Below are positions 37,255-47,600 of a stretch of 64,000 nt of DNA, one piece after another. Below the pieces are notes generated by a model. That model worked only from the letters and a program-made list of their open reading frames with translations. It was not told where the DNA came from and searched no databases. The translations under genes and the position numbers were made by a program. This DNA comes from Mobula hypostoma. Lineage: Eukaryota. Location: the NCBI RefSeq assembly GCF_963921235.1, contig NC_086109.1, positions 31,932,001-31,996,000 on the forward strand. The letters run 5' to 3'. The stretch's first letter is position 1. Every line of letters begins with the position of its first letter.

Positions 37255-37485
37255 TACCAGGTTTTCCCAGACCTGTCTCAAGTATCAGATCTGTTCAGGG
37301 TTTTCCAGCCCTGCCTCGAGAGCATCAGTTCTGCTGCAGGATTTTCCAGCCCTGTCTCAGGAGAATCAGATCTGTTCCAGGTTTTCCAGCCCTGTCTCGA
37401 GAGCATCGGGTCTGTTCCAGGTTTTCCCAACCCTGTCTCAGGAGAATCAGATCTGTTCTGGGTTATTCCAGCCCTGTCTCTAGTT
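37255..37485 (+). repeat. ~40-nt tandem repeat (5-6 units, alternating variants) inside the LTR element
   Basis: ccagccctgtctc[aggagaatcagat|gagagcatcgggt]ctgttccaggtttt repeated. Confidence 0.85.
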
Positions 37486-37762
37486 CCCCAGGGCTCTCTG
37501 AGCTGTCATGTGCTGGCCTTAGGGAGGGAGGTACTGTGATGAGCCCTGGGGGCCTCTGCTAATTGTTAGAGCCATTAAGCCCAGGTACCTTTGGTTTAAT
37601 CTTGTCCAGTCAATTGCGATTGGCATGTGTTTTCCAGGTTCCATGATTATTTAAAGGGAGTCTCATTGTGATCTGTTAGTGGAGTCCTACTGTTTGTTGA
37701 AGAGTGAGTGGTCTTGCGGCAACACTCAGTCGTGCATCCAGTGCTCTGCTAGTACACTGAAG

Positions 37763-37945
37763 ATAGAAATCTACAGCACATTACAGGCCCTTCAGCCACA
37801 ATGTTGTGGCCACCATGTAACCTACTTCAGAAACTGCCTAGAATTTCCCTACCGCGTAGCCCTCTATTTTCCTAAGTTCAATGTACCTATCTAAGAGTCT
37901 CTTAAAAGACCCTATTGTGTCCGCCCCCACCACCGTCACTGGCAG
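37763..37945 (-). mobile_element. CR1 3' end inserted in LTR2
   Basis: Reverse complement of the CR1 3' end ('gtacctatctaagagtctcttaaaagaccctattg'); absent from LTR1. Confidence 0.85.
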
Positions 37946-38467
37946 ATTCCCATGTCTAACCTCTTATTTCCATCTCTTCATGGGGATTCTGCCATTCCTC
38001 CGTTCCCGGGCTGAGTCGGTGACAGTGACCACCATGACAGAAAGGGTCAGGCATTCCTCCACACTTGGGTTGGGTCAGTGCTACTGAAAACTGTAATAGA
38101 GAGGGGCTGCCGTTCCTCCGCCCTTACCATGACAAACACTGCCATCCTCCACTCCTGCGCAGAGACACTGTTAGCGCTTATTGTGACTGAAGCTGCCATC
38201 CACCGCACACGAGTTGAATTGGTGCCAGCAAGCACCGTGACAGATGGGGTCCGCCATTCCTTCACACTTGAGTCCAGTCCTGAGAGAGCGCACCGTGTCA
38301 TCTTCTGAGTGACATTCACCCAGAAGCTGATATCACTGCACCAAAGCCCATCCATCTCATTGAAAAGTGGGAAAACAAAGAAGTAGTGGATAGTTGGACT
38401 GCTTAGGTGCGCTCTAACAATGTTGATGAAAATTCTTTCTAATGTAATTAATTAAACAATTAAGTAA

Positions 38468-38790
38468 ACTTGGCACGTGGCCAAGTGGTTAAGGCGTCGG
38501 TCTAGTGATCTGAAGGTCGCTAGTTCGAGCTTCAGCTGAGGTAGCGTGTTGTGTCCTTGAGCAAGGCACTTAACCACACATTGTGACGACACCAGTACCA
38601 AGCAGTATCAGCCCTAGTGTCCTTCCCTTGGATAACATCGGTGGCGTGGAGAGCGGAGACTTGCAGCATGGGCAACTACCAGTCTTCCATACAACCTTGC
38701 CCAGGCCTGCGCCCTAGAAACCTTCAAAAGGTGCAAATGCATGGTCTCATAAGACTAATGGATGCCTAATAATAATAATAATAATAATAA
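38468..38790 (+). mobile_element. tRNA-derived CORE-like SINE, copy 2, (taa)n tail
   Basis: A box tggccaagtgg, B box agttcgagc; aligns with 20739-21044; ~23-bp imperfect TSD 38445-38467 / 38791-38813. Confidence 0.88.
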
Positions 38791-40319
38791 TAATTAATTA
38801 AACAAATAAATAATGTTTTATTTGTAGGATTTGAATACATTTTTACAATTATTTGCTACTGGTTTGAATTTGCTCTTCCTATTTGCTTTCACTGTGCATT
38901 GTAAATCAAAATTTTTTTATAGTTTCTATGTAATGGCTGGAAATGGAGAAGGAGCACTAATAATGTGGTCTTGGAGCCAAGGGGATGGAAACCCCCAAAA
39001 CAGTTTAGGAACCACTGGTTTAGATTGATTCAAAACTTACATATTTATTCACCCAAGGTGAAAAAATCATTTTCATATCTCACTTCTGCTTTTTGATCTG
39101 CCGTTACTCCCAGTCTGTACCTACCGACCCCTTTCTCTGTAATCAGCTGTCATGTCAAAATCCATACTCCTCTCTTCTCCATCAGTATGTAGCTCTCCCA
39201 TCAGCCATGACAATGACGACTGTCTTTCATCCACTCTGAAACTGGTTCCTTTTGTCCCACTATTCTCTCCTCCTCAGAGACGTTTCCAGAAATTTGAACC
39301 TCCTCTTCTCCTTCTGTCTGATGAGCTGAGTATTACCACCAATTTCACTTACACTTCTGCCATCTGTCAGCAGTTGAGTTTGGTTAAAAAAAAATGAATT
39401 CACTTCTGTTTTCAGCTGAATTTAAGAATAACTTCTTATCCCTGCAGATGTTGTGTAGGGGGCTTGGGTTTGGAAGAGGGGCTTGAAGGGAGTCTGAAAT
39501 AATACATGAAAAAAATCCTGGGTAACATCTGCACAGCAACAAATAACAAAAGAAAATATGAACTGTTACAGGGTTTCTTTCTTTCTCAACTGGAAGATTC
39601 ACTTTGATTTATAGCCTTCATCCTTGCACTTACTGAAAACCCAAGACAATCACAGACTTGAAATAGGAATGAAGGTGGACACAGGCTAAGGAAACTATGC
39701 TGCATATATTTTGATGGGTTTAAAAATAACTATCTTTGACAGGAGTAAATGTGACATCATTCTACTGTGTCATATACAATCAATCTAAATTTAATGATAC
39801 TAACTGACCCTGTCTCGAATGTCATGAGGATAGCACTTAGAATTATTCACTTCCCATAAAACACTGTCAGTGAATCAAAACATTTTGCTCAGTCTTGGGG
39901 TTTGGGAGCTTATACATATACCCTTTATGATTCTAAATTCATGAACAGTTTTAAACACAAGGGTCTTTAAAGAACCTGCAGAAGAAAGATGAGAAACAGT
40001 CGCACAATAAGTAAAAGAGCATCAAAGAATTTCATCAAACTATGAATTGCTTCTGTAATGAAAAATTGTAACTATTAGGTCATGGATTTAACCTTTGCAG
40101 ATTAAGATTCCTCAGTTAACACCAGACTTTTTTAAAGATTTATGGATAATTCCCAAGCTTCATGTAATGCTTATATTAGATATCCATTGAGGAACAGTGA
40201 GCTGAACCAAGACTCATCGATCACATCTTATACATGTCACTTTAAACGCTTTCAATTTGCTTTCATCCACATGACTTCAAGAATGTAAAAGATATTCAGA
40301 ACTAATTGAATATCTTTTA

Positions 40320-40720
40320 ATTGCAAGGTGATGATATATATTTATGGGACTCATCTTTTCCCCACATAACATGTCAGTTTAAAAGGTGACGTGCATCCAG
40401 TTCATCCACAATCACTTCAACCATGGTCACTCCTCTGAAGATTTCAATTGTGCCCAAAACTTCCTCGCAGAATGTGCGAAGGAAAGTGTGTGTCTGAATC
40501 TCTAAATTGGTAATCCTTGGGCTGTGGCCAAGGAGGTCATTCGTTTCAGCACGAAAACTCCTGGGTCTGCCAAGCAGTTATCCACTTGAACATTTAAGGA
40601 AGATAACAAGTTGAGTTATTGTAAGTCAACACCAATGCTTTTGTTCAATTTTCACTGAAAATCTGATGTTGGAGTCATGTTTTCAGCCTGTGATCGAAGG
40701 TTATCGGCCAGTACCTTACC
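40320..40720 (+). pseudogene. Possible very old hAT (ZMYM1/THAP12-like) transposase remnant
   Basis: Ordered weak motifs across frames: NMS..KG, FIH..HGHS, AVAKEVIRFSTKTP, CWSHVFSL*SKVIGQYL, reminiscent of NMSG..KGV / HC..H.LNL / TRW..R..SL..V...Y. Confidence 0.3.
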
Positions 40721-42629
40721 AAAACAAACAACTCACTGGAGAATAAAGACACTTCAATCTCATACAGAAAATGGTACTTTAAGAATCAAAATCAACAAAT
40801 TAATATAAAGCATATTGTATTAAGAAAAATAATAGAAAGAGCAGACGTTAGGCATATTTTCCTAAATGTTACAAAATGGAAGTGAGCCTTTCAGCTCAAT
40901 TAGCATCTACTGAAATAATCCAAACTCTCCTTCCCTACTCTGCTCATATAAACCCATATATAAACCCATGTTGTTGATTATTTATTTGTATTACCAAATT
41001 ATATCACTGTAAGCTTTGAATAAAATATAAATTGAATTTCAATCATTCCTTTAGGTTATTTTCTTATACTGATGTTAAGACAAGCTCAAAATGTAGTCTT
41101 ATAAGAACTCACAGCAAGTGTGACTCACTTGTGATATAGTTCCAATTTAATCAGAATATCTAATTTTTTGTTGATGTAAAACACTCTAAAACTGAAGCTA
41201 GAATTATTTTGGCTCTGGTTTGTTGCTCAGGCAGAACATTTCAAATCTGGCAGTCATCTGACCCAGTTACTATAATTGTTGTAAATTTGCCAGATATTAA
41301 TTTAAATGATGGTGCAATCGATTGCCATATAATGATCATATTTTCAATTATTTACTAAACAGTAGGCCAGCCAGACAAAATTAGCCAATATGACAATGGT
41401 TGCTCTCAGACATAAATTTGCCCCCTCAATTGCATTTTACTCTGTGAAAGTATAATTAGAATGTTTATAGAGATTCAGTGCATATTGTTGATTGTACACT
41501 CTATTAAACAAGGGAATGTACTGTAGAAATGGGTGCAATCTATTCCAAATATTGAAGCTCTCAACTCTATCAGAAGAATGTTTGGAATTAAAAGCAATGG
41601 CTGTCAAGAGCATAAGCAATAAGTGTGCCAGATATAAGGTGCTGTCAATGTAGTATTGTAGCACAGGGCCTTCTCTGTTATAAATATGCAAATACAACAG
41701 CAACTTCAGATAAGGACAAATTCAAAAGTTTCAGAAGCTATGGAACGGCACCTGTATGATTTAGATTTGACTGTGCACCAAATATTCCATTATAATTATA
41801 GAGCTTGGTTAATTTGTGCTTCTTACATGATGACAATGACATCCAATTTAGAACTACTTCATTGGAATTCTTGAGGTGATGAAAAGTATTGATAGAAATG
41901 GAAATAACATCTTTACAAAGATTGATTAAAAGATAGGGAGGAGAAGAAGCAAGGAAGCAAAACGAAATTCAAATGTTAAAATGTGTGCTAATACTTAGAA
42001 ACTAGAACGAGACTCTCACAATATCTTCTAATCACTGGTATATTGTACAGTTTAACTTGCCTCCTGTCAAGACTATTAAACCAGTATTAATTGTTATGGA
42101 AGGGAGATGAAACTACTTAAGATATCAATTCTGCCTTAATTAAGCTAGATTTATTGGCCTTGAAAATCCATGGAACAGATTCATTACTTTAATTTCAATG
42201 TAATGAGTATTATTCTTTAACAAAATAATTTATTTTGCACCATTTAGCTTTCAAAATTGAATTGCAAATGACTGTTTCTTTAATTTTTTGCCACACTGCA
42301 CTATAATTTTGAGTCACACAAGTCATTGGACGAGCATTGTGAAATATCAAATGTCTGACCTCAGAGCTAAGGCATCAGGAACAACATCAGCTTTTTTTTA
42401 AAACATTTTTGCTGTTCTTATTAATTTCATCCATTTATTCTGGCTCTCATTAGTACACATTTTAAGTAGAGGTTAAGAATCATTAAGTTCAGCAGTTTAG
42501 CTGAAGAAAATCAGCAGGGATCATCTCTGATTGTTGGTGCCCTCCTTATCCCAAATTCCAAAGCTATCTGCTTTGGGTCAATGATACTTTGAGCTTCACT
42601 AACTGTTGGGCCAAGGATAGGTCTTCAAA

Positions 42630-43220
42630 GGCAGGTGTCAACATCTGTCCTGGAACCAACATATTGATGCAATTACAAAGAGGGGATGCCAGTTACTATA
42701 TTTCATTAAGAGTTTGAGGAGTTTTGGTATGTGTCCAAAGACTATAGCAAATTTCTACAGGCGTACCATGGAGAGCGTTCTGACTGGTTGCATCACTGTG
42801 TGGTATGGAGGGGGCACTGCAGAGTATCAAAAAAAGCAGCAGGAAGTTGTAAACTCAGCCGGATCCATCATGAGCATAAGCCTCCCACCTTTGAAGGTAT
42901 CTTCAAAAGGTGATGCCTCAGAAAGGGGGCCTCCATTATCAAGGGCCTCCATCACCTTTTCTCATTGCTACCATCAGAAAGAAGTTACTGGAGCCAGAAG
43001 ACACACAGTCAACATTTTAGAAACAGCTTCTTCCCCTCTGCCATCAGATTTCTGAATAGACAATGAGCCTATGAAAACTAACTCACTATTTTTGCTCTCC
43101 TTTTGTTATCATAATATACATTTTGCATTATAATTAATGGCATACTTTATGTATTACACTGTACTGCTGCCACAAAACAACAATTTTACAACATTTGTCA
43201 AAGGTATTAAACCTGATTCT
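42630..43220 (+). mobile_element. Rex1/Babar 3' end (second family)
   Basis: SWNQHIDAITK, LRSFGMCPKTIANFYRRTMESVLTGCITVWYG, NSFFPSAIRFLN; tail 'attaaacctgattct'. Confidence 0.85.
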
Positions 43221-43940
43221 TTCCCTTCTTTATTGATTGCACAACAGCACAATTGGTCACAAGAGCTTAACAAAACAGGGCACACAACAGCCGACAACAG
43301 GAGCAGCAATACAGTCTTGAATTTGAAAGCAGTTTGATTTTTCTCACCAGAAGAATACTACTAATAGTAGCTTCTGAAAAGCTTTGTTAAGCCTAGTGTC
43401 CATTGCCTAAATCTTCTGAGTTCTTTCATGAAGCCAGAAATCTCAAGATGTGCAGGGCATTTTTCCCCGCAATCAATAACCCTAAGTTAAATTTTCTTTG
43501 TTCAGAGACCATGTATGATTCTCATAAGGTTATGAAAAAAGATGGAAGTGATGTTCTGAACATTTCAGAAATATCCTAAAAAATCCTTTTTGCAAAACAT
43601 TTAAAGCAAGGACCAGCATTGGTCAGTTCAACACACTCCAGTATTTATCTCTCACAAACATTTGCTATCATTCTTCATATAACACAGTATCTCTCTATTC
43701 TTTTTATCCCTGAGTATTAAGCTCACCACAACCATTTTACATGACATAATTATACTTTTTAATGGGCTCTGTGGGTAGAGAAGTGTCTTCTGAATTTTTT
43801 ATTGTATTTATTAGAGGATCTCTCAAAGTTGAGGTTTCAACTATTGCTCTCACTTAGTAACCTCTTCTCCACACCAGTCCTTGGAATCGTCTCACAATCT
43901 TAAACACTTGAAATAGTTCAGCACTCCAGCTTCATCAATC

Positions 43941-44632
43941 TTAGATTAGATTATGATTATGAGGACACACAGTCCTCTTTTGTCGTCATTTAGTAATACA
44001 TGTATTAAGAAATGATGCAATGTTCCTCCAGTGTGATATCACAGAAACACAAGACAGACCACGACTGAAAAACTGACAAAAACCACATAATTATAACATA
44101 TAGTTACAACAGTGCAAGCAATACCATAATTTGATAGAAGAACAGACTATGGGCATGGTAAAAAAAGTCTCAAAGTCTCTCGAAAGTCCCAACATCTCAC
44201 GCAGACGGTAGAAGGAAGAAAACTCTCCCTGCCATGAGCTTCCAGCGCCACAAACTTACCGATGCAGCATCCTGGAAGCACCCAAACACAGTCCAACTCT
44301 CAGTCCGTCCGAAAACTTCAAGCCTCCGACCAGCCTTCCGAAACCGAATACCGAGCACCATCTCTGCCGAGTGCTTCGACCCCAGCCCCGGCTGCCAGCA
44401 ACAGGCAAAGCCAAGGATTTGGGGCCTTCCCCTCCAAGAGATTCTCGATTGCACAGTAGCAGCGGCAGCGAACCGGGCATTTCAGAAGTTTCTCCAGATG
44501 TTCCTCCGTGCTTCTCACATCTGTTTCCATCAAATCAGGATTGTGCACAGCCCCTATTTAATAAATATGATATCTTTACACCGGAGAGTCCACGCGCACT
44601 GAATCACATCGCCATCTTCGCCTCCCTCCGGA
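43941..44632 (-). mobile_element. Non-coding retroposon, (TCTAA)n-tail family, copy 2
   Basis: (ttaga)n tail; 5' end 'cgccatcttc' (= gaagatggcg on minus); aligns with 22467 and 53931 copies. Confidence 0.85.
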
Positions 44633-45170
44633 ATGATCTTCCCTGAGATCATTCTGGTATTGTTTTTAATTGCTTTCCAGTCCAATAATAGTGGCTGTAT
44701 TTTCTTTCATATAATTGTTTGTGAAATATCAACATTGTTGGTTACACTGGTATTTATACTTCAAGGAGATGCATTGCAGGTATAGGCAGGAAGGAATACC
44801 ATAAATGAGGCACTGGAGGAGTATAAGTAATGTGAGAGAACACTAAAGAAATCGGAGGAGAGGGGCTAAAAGAAGGTGTGAGGTTGCTCGAGTAGATAGG
44901 GTGAAGGAAAATCCCAAGAGCTTCTACAGGTAATTAAGCACAAATGGATAGCAAGGAACAAAACTGGTCCTCTTGAAGATCAGCATGGTCATCGATTCAT
45001 GGAGCCAAAAGAGCTGGAGGAGATCTTATATGTATTATTTTTGCATCTGTACTTACTGGAGAGATGGACGCAGAGTCCATAGAACTGAGGCAAAACAACA
45101 GTGAGGTCATGGACTGCACAAGGATTATGGAGCAGGTGGTGTTTGCTGTCTCGAGGCAAATTAGGATGGA

Positions 45171-47120
45171 CTGAGAAAGCCCTGGAAATCCAGAGACTGG
45201 CATGACATGAGAGGCTTTTTCAGTGCCATCAAAGCAGTATATGATTCAAGTTAATTTGGATTATACCCCCTGAGCTCAAAGAATGAAGAACTTACTAACA
45301 GGTCAGAAGAAGATCAATGGTCAATGGAGGGAGCACTTTCAAGAACCCCTTAGCCACAATAGCACTGCAAACCAAGGTTACTAACCAAATCTTCCAGAGA
45401 CCTGTGAGAGAAGACATGGAGGAACCTCTCAGTATGAAAGAAGTCTTTTATACCATCAGGAGCCTAAAAAGCAATAAAGATCCTGAAGCTCTGGGAAAAG
45501 GAACAACTGGCCTGAGAGCACAGGGATGCTCTAATAGTGGTCATATTCAAGAAGGGAGACAGACAGATGGTGGCAATTACAGAGGTGTCTCCCTCCTGTC
45601 AACAACAGGCAAAGAGTGCTTGCACGTATCCTTGTTAAACGACTCCTTCCTCTATCTGAATAAGTACTCCCTGAATTACAGTGTGGTTTCGACCCATCTA
45701 GGGGCACCACAGACATGATCTTCACAGCATGCCAATTACAGGAAAAATGCTGTGAACAAAGGCAACCCTTGTACTTGGCTTTCATGGATTTGACAAAGGC
45801 ATTCAATATAGTAGACGGGCAGACTATCTGGCATATACAATTAAGATACGGCTGTCCTGACAAATACTGGGACTGCTGCACGTTGGCACATCAGCACCAG
45901 TGCTCAGCAATAGAGGCACTGAATCAGAACCCTTCACTGTCAAGACAGGAGTCAAACAGGTCTGTATTATTGTACCTTCCATATTTTGCATCTTTATTGC
46001 TGCCATTTCTCACCTCATTGGTCAAGATCTGCCACAGGGAATCTCAATTGTGTATAGAACGGACAACCGTCTTTTCAACCTCAACCAATTTAAGGCCAAC
46101 ACGGTCAGCACCACCACCATCATGGAGCTTCAGTATACGGTTGACAATGCCATCACAGCACAGTCTGAAGAAGACCCCCAATGCATCCGGAATATCTTTG
46201 CCAATGCATTTAGAAACCTGGGTCTTGTTTTGAATATATAAAAAAACACAGGTCCTAAACCAGCCACTGCCCAATCAGCCATTTATCCAGCCCTCTGTAA
46301 AAGTTGTCTTTATCACCCTTGAAAATGTAGACCAGTTTCCATGCCTTGGCAGCATTCTCTTCTCAAAAGTGATATCATCTCAAAAGTCAGCTACCGCCTG
46401 AGTAGAACTAGTAGAGCCTAAACAAGATTAAGGAAAAGAGTCTTAGAAGACTGTGACCTACAGGTCCAGACAAATCTTTTAGTCTATAGAGCAGTCATCC
46501 TTCCTTCATTACTGTATGGACATGAATCGTGGACCACCTACAGTAGACATTCGTAAGCCCTGGAACAATACCACCAAAGAAACTTACGAAAGATTTTGAG
46601 TATTGATGCACTAACATCAATGTTGTGGAGGAGGCCAACATGAACAGCATTTCTACCATGATAAAACAACGCGAACTCCGATGGATAAGTCATGTCATTC
46701 AGATGCCTAACTCATGTCTCCCCAAACAGATCCACTACTCCCAGTCGAAGAAAGGTCAGCGAGTTCCTGGTGGGCAAAGGGAACACTTCAAAGATAACAT
46801 GAAAATCAGCTTGAAAAAGTTCAACATTACATCTAGAAACTGGGAAGACACTGCAGTCAATAGGTGCACCTGGATGAAATCTGTTCAAAAGAGAGCTGAC
46901 AGACATAAGAGTCTGCTCTGCTGTGCTGCAGAGAAAAAGCAGCAACCACAAATGGACAGAATGGACAACCAAGAAACCCAGCCACTTACCACAGCCACCA
47001 CTTACTGCTGTCTGCACTGCACCAGAATACATGGATCCTGTATGAACATCTACAGCCACCAGAGGACCCACCAATAGACAATCCCTGAGGAGAACATCTT
47101 ACTCAACTTGAGTGATCACA
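45171..47120 (+). mobile_element. RTE-clade LINE, 5'-truncated, degraded RT with C-terminal C2H2-like motif
   Basis: NYRGVSLLSTTGK, DMIFTACQLQEKCCEQ, FMDLTKAF, GVKQVC, ELQYTVD, LRWISHV..MP, CLHCTR...SHQRTH. Confidence 0.88.
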
Positions 47121-47226
47121 GTAATATGGTGAATGGAACTGTAAGGCCAGACAAGGTGTTCCCTTGGACTTTGTGTGAGGCTAGTGCAGAAATTTCAGGG
47201 GCTCTTGGAGGTGTATTTAAAAAGTA

Positions 47227-47600
47227 TCTCAAACCCTCGGTGAAATAGGGAGTTGTCTATCCCAGCATGTGAAGACAGACTCCGGCGGATTGAGCGGACG
47301 AGACAAATGGAAGGTCCAACGGTCAAGAAGGCAGTCTCTGCAAGCGTTGTGGAACGTGTAGAGCAGGACAAGACACAGAAGACGTCCTGGTCATCCACTG
47401 CGCCTAGTCCCATCTCCAGCCGTCTCGACTCTGTCTTGCCACTGGATCCAGATGGGAATTGGGAAGAGAGAGTGAGGCTGACGCTGCGCAAGTCTCCCTC
47501 ACTTAAATCCAAGTCACGCGCTAGTCTCAACACCATCAATAATGGTGTCGAGGTCCTCATCGACGTACGATGGACGAACAACAACAACAACAACAACAAC
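47227..47600 (+). mobile_element. Unclassified CpG-rich short retroposon with (CAA)n tail
   Basis: 12-bp TSD atttaaaaagta (47215-47226) / atttaaaatgta (47601-47612); (aac)n tail 47578-47600. Confidence 0.75.

Larger units (their letters stand above)
36296..38300 (+). mobile_element. Non-autonomous Gypsy (Tf1/sushi-like) LTR element: LTR1 36296-36859, internal 36860-37534, LTR2 37535-38300
   Basis: TG...CA ends; two homologous LTRs; PPT agggagggaggtac before LTR2; 5-bp TSD ccttc / tcttc restores the hAT frame; gag-like start LDPAE; no pol. Confidence 0.8.
33046..38362 (+). pseudogene. hAT (Charlie/Buster, ZBED8/SCAND3-like family) transposase pseudogene in four pieces
   Basis: YSVEYLKYGF, MKPSRLLEHL..IH, GKSSTIGKEL (33046-33413); LSANAVQR*INEM, QELLFA, DIPLTN..AC.TNEAPSITG, LLLHT..R*LSKG (34401-35190); W..DPF, FW, DLRLLL (35799-36295); SDI..HPSH* (38301-38362). 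Confidence 0.85.
31997..39017 (+). mobile_element. Full-length Charlie/Buster-type hAT transposon fossil with nested insertions
   Basis: TIRs tagtggttcacaaa (31997) / tttaggaaccactg (39004-39017); 8-bp TSD gtttatct (31989-31996) / gtttagat (39018-39025); transposase motifs across the span. Confidence 0.85.

Noticed and set aside
37255..37485. CRISPR-like array (also 50270-50935)
   Set aside because: Contiguous tandem units without unique spacers, no cas genes, and a vertebrate repeat context
39060..39375. Possible ancient L2 RT fragment or exon (SKSILL / LFSISM)
   Set aside because: Motif resemblance is too weak and spread over frames; needs a profile search
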